A stretch of 64,000 bases of DNA from Amoebophrya sp. A120 (Eukaryota; Protista; Dinoflagellata): contig CAJINV010000001.1 in NCBI GenBank assembly GCA_905178155.1, positions 12,445,832 to 12,509,831 on the forward strand, given 5' to 3'. The position numbers and the translations under genes were made by a program. Below the pieces are notes generated by a model, which was given only the letters and a program-made list of their open reading frames with translations, was not told the origin of the DNA and ran no database searches. The stretch's first letter is position 1. Each line of letters starts with the position of its first letter. Positions 1 to 10,008 of the stretch are shown here, one piece after another.

Positions 1-329
1 GTTTTCGTTTGGATCTGGTTTTCGTTTCTGCCGTGTTGAAGCGCACGGCTTGTGTTTGATCAAACCAATTTTTTCCTAACGTGTAAAGATCCGCTTTCTC
101 TTCTTTTGATCCTTTTTGAAATCGCAAAGCAAATTCTGATCGTGTTCGCGTCTAGATAGGAGAACAGAGAACGCGCCGTCTGCTTCTAGACGAGAGTGAG
201 CTACGTAGCCTCGGCCGGTCGATCAAAGTGGTTGTGCCTACTGCTGATACATAGATAAGTACATGCGTGCGTGGTAAACTTCAGGAGGCTGGTGCCAACA
301 CTTCTTCACAGTTGGTCGGCAGCTACCTC

Positions 330-3060
330 TCATGTCCTTTCAAACTGTGGGCAGTTCCCGCGCGGCTGGAAGTGCGCCGTGACAGGCTTGCACGAAATTT
401 GCCGGCGACAGTACAAGCAGGAGTGCTGTCTGCAGTAGGGACAGCGCAGGTGGTTGTTCACATGATTGGGGTTGTCAAGCCACCGAACCACCACCACGCG
501 ACAGACGGCGCACCGCACGCGTTCGTACAAGTTCTGGTCCACGTACTGTGCCCCGTCCTGCAGGGCGCGCTGGAGCCCGGCCTGCCCGAGCCGCGCCACC
601 TCCTCGTTCCACTGTCGGATCGCGTCCTGGTCGAACAGGACGCAGGATTTTGGGTTGTCGGAGCGAAAGTGGTCGTAGCTGTCAATCACCTATCAAGTGC
701 AAAAGTGTCTGGGTCTGGAACAGTCATGCTGCTTTTGCATGACACAGAAGGCCTGCCATGGAAGCTCTAGCATCACAGGTTTCGAGAAGCTTCTGCAATG
801 CCGAATCTGCATGACAAGTGCCCCACTCTGGTGACAGAAAGTGGCCAGCTCGAGCTCTTGCTGCCTGTGCATGAGAGATTTTTATGGGTTGTCAAATGCG
901 CATCACAAGTTTGCATTCTTCCAAACCCAGACATTTTTGCATTTGATATCACCTTCAGACACTGCCAGCAGAACACCGTGCGGCAGTTCTCGCACTTCAT
1001 CTTGTTGCACCCGGAGATCTTCTGGATCGCGAAGCTGCAGGTCGGGCACTTCCGGCTGGTCTGGTTGATCAGCATCAGGGACTTCGCCTCCGCGACCCGG
1101 TTCTGCGCGGCCTGGCCCTGGTTGCTCAAGATCTGGGCCCGGCTCGGCGCCACCTCACAGAACGCCCGGTCCGGGTGGTAGACGTCGAGGCACTTGGCGC
1201 AGAATTGCAGCCGACACTTCTCGCACTCGCAGTAGTTGTCCTCCTGGATGATGCACGCTACGGTTTCCGGTTTCGGCTTCTGGTCGGCGCACCGGGGACA
1301 GTACGCAATGTCAGTCATTCCGTCCAGGGCCCGGCTCAGCGTCATGGCTTCAAACTTGTCGAGAAGCGCCTGGTTTATTGCAGCCTCGTCGCAGGATGAG
1401 CTTCTACCACTCTCAACAAGAACATCGAAGGTTGACTCAGTTTCAACATCGCCCAACAAAATTTCCCGTACCAGCGTGGTGTCGAAGGGTTCCGCGTTCG
1501 CGTATCAACTGTAAAAGTGTCTGGGTCTGGAAGAATTCATGTTTGTCATGCTTGTCTGGCATGACTCTTAAATCTGTCATGCACGTTACCCAAGAGCTCC
1601 GCTTTTCTGTGATGCAGAAGCGCAGTTTGTCATGCAGAATAGGCAACACTTAGGAGCTCAGAAACTTGTCATGCTGAGCCAGCATTTGTAGCCTGATCAT
1701 GAGACGCCACCCAGCATCACAGGTTTCCACCAGACCCAGACATTTTTACTTTTGATATCGCGGGCGGGCACACCATGCAGCGAATGTGATCCAGCGCCCC
1801 GTCATTTACGTGGACTTTGACCAGATTGACCAGACATGCGCGGCAACAGCGGTGCGCGCAGCTGGGGAGGGAGAAAAAATCCTTTCCCGCCTTGACGGTA
1901 CAGCAGATCGGACACTCTTGAGGCGTCTGCCGATAAACCGCCTGCTTCTTCCGCTCGTCATTTTCCAGCAACTGGAACGCCAGCCCCTGCGGCAGGTCCA
2001 GCGTCGTCGTGATTCCCAGCACGGAGTGCCAGTTGTTCTGCACCTCGGAAACAAAGAGAATCGGGTCGATCGGAATGACAACTGCTTCGCTGTTTTCAAC
2101 ATCTGCGGCGACGAGGTCGGCCGCGGCTTCGTTCTGCGCATCCAAAGCGCAAGCGGCGACTACTTCGGCGCATTGCGTGGGGGAGAGAAAAGCGCACGTC
2201 AGCGAGCGCGGGACCCAATAGCCCTCGACCTCGGTCTCAGCAGGCCCGGAGGTTCTTCTGAACCCGAGCGCGATTTCGAAGTCTGGCAGAGATTCCACAG
2301 AACCGCAGTAACCGTGCATCAATAGACCCGGAGGTCCTGGAAGATCTTCTTCTAGATCTAGTCGTTGCATCATCTCCACCTCCTGCGTGTCGTGGTTGGC
2401 AAGATTACTAACACTCGACCTGCCTCCTACGTTGTTGTCAGCCTCCACTACTCGTTGCTCACTCAACATATGCTCAGCCAGCCGCTGATCATTGCCGTCA
2501 GAATTTATTGGTGCTTCTTGTTCTGCGCCCTTTTTTCTTCTCCTCCTTTTTCCCTTCCCCTTGCCCTTGCCCTTTGCCTTCCCTCGCGTTTCAGTTTCGC
2601 TCTGCGCAGTCGGAATTCCGCCCTGCTCCGGCGGAGGGCCCAATGCTGGGCGGCAGATAACATCTTCAGTAGTTCCGCTTCCGCCGTCTCTTCCACTACC
2701 CGGCGCAAGCCTACTTCTCGACACGAAAGCGGCTTCCTGCGCCGAGATTTCGACGCTGAGCTTCTCCGTCGGCAAGATGGGTGCGATGCACACCGAGAGA
2801 AGAATCTCTCGTATCTCTTCGTCGTGTGTTGATTCATCGCCATTTATATTGCCGTTTCCATCATAGGAAGCTTCCAACTCGCCGATTGATGATCCAGCTG
2901 GTCGCTGCTCGTCAATATCTTCATAGCGAAACACTATTCTCGCCGTCAGGCTCTCCTCTTCAAGCATGCAGTACAAAGCCTCGAGCTCCTCAATGGCGGT
3001 TTCCGAGAGTGCGGCCAAAACCTGTGCCGGTAGCTGCGCAGCAGCACCTTCCTCCATCAT
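330..3060 (-). CDS. RBR (RING1-IBR-RING2) E3 ubiquitin ligase, RNF14/ARA54-like, three exons
   Basis: ORFs 1717-3060, 773-1459 and 330-689 join in frame once elements 1503-1757 and 691-948 (plus one TSD copy each) are removed: CMVCPPA/NAEPFDTT and FCWQCLK/VIDSYDHF. Motifs: RING1 CPICC..CAHRCCRAC, IBR YCPRC..CEKC..FCAKCLDVYH, RING2 CPTC..IQKISGCNKMKCENC..FCWQC, a further Cys cluster, and an RWD-like start (EELEALYCM). Confidence 0.88.
691..948. mobile_element. Introner-like element IE1 (TIR family A), 258 bp
   Basis: Ends TATCAAGTGCAAAAGTGTCTGGGTCTGGAA and TTCCAAACCCAGACATTTTTGCATTTGATA. TSD TCACC at 686-690 and 949-953. Removable as a GT-AG intron (690-952) on the minus strand. Confidence 0.95.
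1503..1757. mobile_element. Introner-like element IE2 (TIR family A), 255 bp, inverted relative to IE1
   Basis: Same ~29-bp TIR. TSD TCGCG at 1498-1502 and 1758-1762. The interior matches the reverse complement of IE1. Removal restores the RBR reading frame, but no GT-AG register exists. Confidence 0.95.
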
Positions 3061-4306
3061 ATTCTCGATTGGTAAAACATTGACATGAAGGCGAAAAGCA
3101 TATCAGCCTTAAGTGTGCGTGAATAATAAAGGGAAAGAACAAACATAAGGGAATCTTATTTTTTTCCAAGGTTATCGCGGGGGTGAACGGAGCTGAAAGC
3201 AAGATAGGTCGAAGGAATAGTTGAATGTCCTACGAACTTGAAACTTGTACTGTCTCAGCTTACATACTAGATATTACACATACTTAGGTGGGAAAATAGT
3301 AAGGTCATGATCATATAAGAACGAAGTGCGTGGGGTCCGCTGCAAGGAAAAATAAAATCGTTCAAGAAATTCCTTCGCATTCAACCCTTTTCTTTACGAA
3401 AAGAAAAGCATGTATATCTGACTCGGTTCCGAGAACTATCGTTTTCTTTTGCAAATCGACGACCTTTCGAAAAAACGCGCAAGTCGAGGTAGGATATGAT
3501 AGGAGTTGCCGAGGTCGAGGTCGAGCGGGCGGCGTTCCAAAACTTTGAGAGTGCAGCTGGAGCTATTCACGAGCTAATTCTTGACCATGCGTACTAAATG
3601 CTACTGGAGGCGGCTAACAGTGCACTTATCCTCGTCCCCTCACGACACTACAAACCCCGGGCCTGTCAGTCAACGCGACGGCGTCACGCTAACCGGGCTC
3701 AGCTCAGCTGCCCCGGCAACCCTAACCTCAAAGCCAGCCTTGTAACCGGTTTGCGTTTATCAGAAGTGGACTGAAGTGAACTTTATTTCCAAACTTTAAA
3801 AACGTAAAAACAATGCTCCGGGGAGCTGAGTTGGAGTGGGCGAACAAACTATGCTCCGCAGAGTTCCGATTTGGCGATTCGATAGCAGTAGAAAAATTTG
3901 AGATCTTTTGTCGACATAAGACCTAAAGATCATAGTCGGGTCGTGAAAAGGCGATATCAATGAAAGCAGGGAAGAGTGAGAACATACGCTTGTAGTCGTA
4001 AGCACTCTCCCGACGCTAGTATGTGTATGGTGGATCAAAACATAGAAATAAAACGGAAGGACAGGAGCCAGCCTTCTAAACCCCTTCGTCCACCTCGAGC
4101 AAAAGTAAAAGTTTAGAAAACCGTTTGATATTGATACCACGAGACTTCTTGATGGCGTTTCCCATTAGACTCAATTGCGTTCTTTCCGATTGTCCTTGCT
4201 CTCCCCTTTTCGCGAAGGTTCGCTGTATGATGTGGCTTTCGTAAATATTCTTCAGCCACACTCTGCAAGAAATTCAACTAACTTCAGAGGAGTTCGTGGC
4301 CCCTCT

Positions 4307-7302
4307 TTATTTTTCCCAGAAGTACAAACTAGTCCCATTCTCGGTTTGGTTCCATCCCGAAACCCATTGGCACACTGACGGGTCCCTCCATGCGTGCGTG
4401 CCCCAGCTGGTCCTGCACTGCAGCCATTGCTGGCCATTCGCAACGCTGGGCCCCCTCCAATTCATGGCTCCTTCTTTCTCCGTCGTCCAGAAAACGTCAT
4501 AAGCGAGCCGGAGATTTGCACCGCTGCCGATCAGGACTTGCTGGATATGGATTGTAAAAATGTCTGGGTCTGGAAGGTTGGAACTTGTAATGCTAGCTTT
4601 CCATACCTAGAAAATCTGTATTGCATCACCAACAAAAGTCGCAGCCTCTTTTGTCATGCATACCCGACTGCACCACATCGAAAACCTTTGCACCGTCGCC
4701 GCAACCAGCTACGGCCGCAGGAGATCTAGGGTCAGAACCGCGAAAAATATCGCGAGTATATCTTCATGTTCATCCCCGGGCGCCAATATTATCTTTCCTT
4801 ACTTCTCGCTAACACTATACGAGCCTCTTTTGTCATGCAAAAACGCAACTTCTCATGCGGATTGCCTATGAGAAAGCGTTTTGGGAAGTTGTCATGCCGG
4901 ACTGCATTCGGATGTGTTTTCATCGTGCACATTTTAGCATCACAAGTTTCCAGACCCAGACATTTTTGCATTTCATACTGGAAATCTTCCGCAACTTGTC
5001 CGCGCGGTAGGGCAAAGCGAAATGAGAGGCTGTACATGACGGAAAAGAACGGCAAGAACAACACGCACAGGAGTGCCGCGACCTCCAGTGAATAGGCAAT
5101 CTTCGGAATCAGAAGGCTGGCGCTTCCGTCACACGGCAGGAACACCGGAGTGGATGACGCCGCAGAGGCTCTTCGGCTGCGATTCTGTTGAGAAAGCGGA
5201 TGATTTTCGGGCGGAAAAACAATCAACCAGCCAGCCACAATCGCAAACGCACCACAGAAGATCCACGAAAACAGCAGGAACAGAGCGCGAAATCGGAAAA
5301 GCGTTGGTGCCCACTGCACACGCACGTACTGCTCCTCGGGCGTGCACGTGTTGTCACCAAACGTCTGATAATGTGCCCACATAAGCAGTGCCTCGTCGTC
5401 GACGACCAGGCGCTCGTCGATCGTTCCAAAAATCGCTACCGTCAACGAGATTCTTTCCCCAAAAGCAAACGCGTAGGTCTCAAAAGCTACCAACACTGCC
5501 ATCGCCAGAGGGGCACATACCGTGTGTATGATCACTTGCCAGCGAGTGTTTTGCACACGATAGTATTCTATCGCGTCATCGGATTCTTGTACGCGATGGG
5601 TTTCCGTTTCACGCATTTTACCCTCTTCCTCCTCGGTAGCAGAAGGTATCAGTTGTCCCACTTGTTCGGTGTTTTCCTGTTGCGCTGCCCGCAGAGCGTC
5701 GTCGCTGGGGCTGGGCACAGCTGCCGTGAGCATGAAGCCGACGCACGGAAGCACCAACCAGAGGACGCGAGCCAACATCTCCGCAGCTGACATCCCCGCT
5801 AAATTGTACAGAGGGGTGAACGCGAAAGCACTGTCTTCCCCGGCCCCCAACGGGTCCACGCACCAAGACGGATAGAGACCGGCAGCCGTCGTGTACCGAG
5901 AAAGTAGCGCACACACAGCGTAGACGATGAGGCAAGACGTCCAGATCTTTCCCGCGCTGCTGTCTTGAAACTGGCAGACACTCGACAGAGTTCCATGGAT
6001 TGCGAACGCGTGCGGCAACAGCATAAATTTTTGAAAATGTCGCTGGCGCTGCTCGCGGAGCGCGCCCACTGCTGCATCCGTTGTTTGTTGTTCGTCACTG
6101 CGGTCGACATCTTCAACTGGGCTCTGTGGTGTCGGGACCGGGAGGTAAAGGCCGGGCGGAAAAAACACAAGCCTTGTCGGTAAGGCCAGGCCTATCAGCA
6201 CAGACACATAGCCAATGAGAAGCAGCACCAGCATGACGATGAAATCCATGCGCATGTTTGCAAGCGTATATGCGACGTGGGTTTGCTCGATAATCTCGTT
6301 GACTGCGCCCGCACTCACGATGCGAGCCGCGGTCTTGTTCTGGAAAACTTGCTGGGTTGCCAGCTCTTTCCGCAGGTGCCGAATCGTCTCGCCCTGTTCC
6401 CGCAGAACCTCCCCTTGTTGGCTTACTAAGTCCTCCAGTTGCTGCACCTTTTGCTGCCACGCGAGGCCACGACCAGTTTCAGTGCCGTCCTCCGCGGCGG
6501 TAAGCGCTGAGTTTGCATTTTCTACTTTCTGGGTGTAGCTGCTGCCGACTTTATGATCGTTTGACGGCGGCGCATAATCAATATCTTGCTCTACTAGAAG
6601 GTGCTGCTCCTCTTGTCCGCCCTCTACCGAGACCGGACGTTCCCCGACGAGTCTCGCTTCCAGAAATTGAAACGCAGGTCCAGGCGATCCCGGTTCTTCT
6701 GGAGTTTTCGTTGCAAGAATCTCGGAATACACAGAGCCGGTCGTCTTCTCTTCTTCGACTTGCGGATTTTGTGGCAAGACGCGCAACTCAACTCCGCCGA
6801 TAGCATCAACCCCCGGGCGCGCCATCGTCCTTTTGTCTGTCTCGGTCTGCAGTTCCCCACGCGCAGCGCTGGTAATCCTCTCCTGGTCTTCCTTGATTTG
6901 CGCGAGGACACTGCCAGCTCCAGCTTCTTCTTCGTCAGCCCCTCTCCAAAAATTCACTGCTTGCTCCTTCTGCTTCGCGGCTGCACGACGACTGTTCTCG
7001 GAGACTTGCGCCTCCTTGGCCGAAGGCACACGGGTGGTCAGGCGCGTAGCCAGAAGTCGGTGCTGCTCTTCGTGTCCTTGATCACCTGGCTCGTCTTCCC
7101 AGCTACTTCTCCCTCCGACCGAATCAACAGTTGACTCTGTTTCACTACCTTGTTCCCCGGCCGCTACAAGAACAACATGCTCCAATATTGCACAGCCTGC
7201 AGCAAAGATCGACAGGAGCGCAACGCAACGCAGATGAGAGAAGACGAAATGACACCACAGCAAATGTCGACGACCCTTGTTCATGATTCCGGCCCCTTCC
7301 AT
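4307..7302 (-). CDS. Multi-pass membrane protein with N-terminal hydrophobic leader and coiled coil, function unknown
   Basis: ORF 4789-7302 has several hydrophobic segments and reads into IE3. Removing IE3 gives AEDFQ/QVLIGSG...SLYFWEK, ending at TAA 4309-4307. Confidence 0.72.
4546..4977. mobile_element. Introner-like element IE3 (TIR family A), 432 bp including a nested insertion
   Basis: Ends TATGGATTGTAAAAATGTCTGGGTCTGGAA and TTCCAGACCCAGACATTTTTGCATTTCATA. TSD CTGGA at 4541-4545 and 4978-4982. Confidence 0.93.
4661..4821. mobile_element. 161-bp secondary insertion inside IE3 with an 18-bp duplication
   Basis: AGCCTCTTTTGTCATGCA at 4643-4660 and 4822-4839. Removing the insert plus one copy leaves 253 bp, the normal family-A size. 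Confidence 0.8.
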
Positions 7303-7700
7303 GTATTAGTATTGTTATTCTTTGCCAAATACTATTCAATAGTATTTCGTTGCCCTCTGTCGGACTTGCTAGAATCTTGATCTTCGTACTGATTGTCGAA
7401 GCAAAAGGGCGCAACTCGTGGACATCGACTTAAAACCAGTCACAGAAACGGGACTGACAACCGACGTCGATTGCACTGAAACCTGATCCAACATCACTAC
7501 GAACACTGAGCGTGACCGCCGAGGAACTGGAAAACAAAGTTTTGTATCCGAATCAAGAGCGAATTTTCCCCGCTCTGACCTGCACATCCAAATGCAAATC
7601 CAACTTTCCCGTCACGGACTAAAACACTTTTCCGCCTCACTGTAAGAACTAAAGTTGCAGCTATTCCGCCAGACTGTATGTGAGAACTGTGCGAATAAGA

Positions 7701-9383
7701 TTACCAAAATTTGACTTTCTTCTGGTGTTTGCCCATCCACTGCGCCAGGAGCATCCAAAAGAATCCATAAACCAGCACTATTGCCATTGCCGGAGTCGGT
7801 GGAACAATGAGCGTCCGGCACAACTGACCGACGCACCCGGTAAGCACATTTGTGAGAAGGAAGAAAAACAGCATGGAGTCCTGCAGTCCGGAGAGCAAAT
7901 GCGGCAGCGGCGCACGTTGATGAGTAAGGGTTTCGTTCAAAAACCGCAACGCCGCTAACAGAAACGAGTTGCAGGACACAATGTACAGGACGTAGGGCAC
8001 GTCGCAACATCGGCGGCTGGGGGACTGCGTAAAAAGCAAGAGCACTGGAAGTCCCGCTCCGACCGCCCATGCCCCAAAGGGCACTTCCATCACGCCCTTT
8101 CGTCCGAGCGCAGCCGCCAGTAGAAAGAGCGCTTGAAACCCGGGAAGCGACAGGACTCCCTCCTTATTCGCATCAAGAAAACCGAGGTTCCACCTTGGCT
8201 CAATATTCGCGAGCGCATACGAACGCCAAGAAAATCTCGCTCGAAAATCCACGTCTGAAGCCGGCAAAAATTCCGCTGGTACATTGAAGAGGTAGCCAAC
8301 GAAGCCCAGCAACGCAAAGGCAACAGCGTGCAGGCCATTTGCTGACCTGCGCACGCAAAACGCGACCAAGTCACCGCCGAGATGCACCGCAAACAGCGTC
8401 ACGAAAAAGTTCCAATGCAGGCCGTATTCCTCCGGTGGCACGTGGTGTCCGGAAACCGCAACCGTGATAAATCGACCGAAGCCTAGGCACAAGGTGGGAA
8501 AGTGTCGGAAAAACTTTTTGATTACAACCTGGTTGCCTCGCTGCTGCTGTTGCTCAACGGCGGCGACAGAGGTATTCTTCGTCTCACGTAGGGTCTTGCG
8601 CCACCTCGCACCCACGACTAGTCCGTTCAGAAACACAAAGCTTCCCACCCCGAGGTCCATCGGGCTGTAGCCTTCGGTAAGGCACTTCGAAAACCGGCGC
8701 GGAAAGATAGAGGGAAAGTCGACCGCAAGAATCATCAAAGATGTACAGCAGAGTAGAAACGCCCGGTATTCCGTCAGAATCCGCTTTTCCGTTCGTACTA
8801 GGCCTTCGCTTTCGCTTCGTACACCATTTTCATCTTCGCTCGATGTTTTTGCAACATCTTCAGGACTTGCTGTGCCCGGTCGTGTTTCATCTCTACTACA
8901 TCGTAACAGGCCATGGAGCAAAAGAGTGCCGGTCAGCAGTAAAGCTACATAGTCAGCAAGGTACTGCGGCTGCGCACCGAGCGCGAGGATCGGCAGCATG
9001 AGAACCAAAAACTCAGTTTTTGGCCCGTGCTGGCTTTCGACCATCTGCGCTGTTTTTTCGACCGCTGTTGTTTTTGCCGCGCTTGCATTATCCTCGTTTC
9101 CATCGCCGCCTTCTGCGTGATGTTCTACTTGAGCCGGGCCTTCTCTTTTGCGCGATCTGTACGCGAAGATCAGATCGTAAAAGTGCAGCAGCACTGGGCA
9201 CGTGGCAAGGTACACGTAGCAAAATCCAAACTCCACCCCGCCATGCTGCGAGGAGAAGGCAGCCCTCTGCAATTCCGCGTAACTGACGTTACCCAACCGA
9301 TCGCCGTCTTCCAACCAGGTCCGCAACTTCCGCTTCTGGAGTTTCCTCATCACGGAAGAAAACGACCACTCACTTTCACACAT
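7701..9383 (-). CDS. PIGW: GPI inositol acyltransferase PIG-W/GWT1
   Basis: Motifs LAVDFPSIFPRRFSK, SPMDLGVGSFVF, EYGLHWNFFVTL, ANKEGVLSLPG and SRR..VPYV, plus many TM segments. First ATG at 9383. Confidence 0.92.
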   Translation of the reverse strand: MCESEWSFSSVMRKLQKRKLRTWLEDGDRLGNVSYAELQRAAFSSQHGGVEFGFCYVYLATCPVLLHFYDLIFAYRSRKREGPAQVEHHAEGGDGNEDNASAAKTTAVEKTAQMVESQHGPKTEFLVLMLPILALGAQPQYLADYVALLLTGTLLLHGLLRCSRDETRPGTASPEDVAKTSSEDENGVRSESEGLVRTEKRILTEYRAFLLCCTSLMILAVDFPSIFPRRFSKCLTEGYSPMDLGVGSFVFLNGLVVGARWRKTLRETKNTSVAAVEQQQQRGNQVVIKKFFRHFPTLCLGFGRFITVAVSGHHVPPEEYGLHWNFFVTLFAVHLGGDLVAFCVRRSANGLHAVAFALLGFVGYLFNVPAEFLPASDVDFRARFSWRSYALANIEPRWNLGFLDANKEGVLSLPGFQALFLLAAALGRKGVMEVPFGAWAVGAGLPVLLLFTQSPSRRCCDVPYVLYIVSCNSFLLAALRFLNETLTHQRAPLPHLLSGLQDSMLFFFLLTNVLTGCVGQLCRTLIVPPTPAMAIVLVYGFFWMLLAQWMGKHQKKVKFW

Positions 9384-10008
9384 TTTTCGCGGTGGACCTC
9401 TTTTTGCGATTGAAATCGGTACTAGACAAAGCAAATCGAAATACGCAAAGTGTGATCTACTTAGTTAAGATTGGTAGGTCCGTCCCTGAAGAGCATGAAT
9501 CGCAGATAATTCGGCACAAAGTCAAAAAAGGAGGATGTGATCGACGAGGACCCCCTTCGGGCAACATGGACAAAATCAAAGTTTGGTTTCCAAAGTGCGG
9601 CACGGACGAAGCCGAAGTGTGGATATTAGATCGTAAACGACACAGTTCGTTGTACTAAATCCGTTCCAAGACGTCGGAAAGAACAAGCCCTTCTTCTTCT
9701 ACTGTGCCGGTTTACTTATTCGTGCGTCGCAGGCAACCTTGGTTTGCTGCTCCACTCGTCCCACTCCGGGGTCGTTTCATTGCACCTCTTCAACATCAGC
9801 TGAATTTTCTTCAAGTTGATAAAATCTCTTCAACAAGTCTCGATTCTATTGTACTTAAACATCCTGTGCGCTAAGTCCTCCGCCTTACTTAGTTTTGCAC
9901 TAAGATTGATGCAGTTTTTCGTTTTCCATGTACGACAGCACAAATCGCAAACATTGCTCGGCTTTCCGTAGTTTCTACATAGCCAACTCAAAACCACCCA
10001 GGTGACGC

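Noticed and set aside
4661-4685. tRNA A-box-like TGGTGCAGTCGG on the minus strand of the 161-bp insert
   Set aside because: No B-box or cloverleaf, so it is too short to call a tRNA or SINE head.
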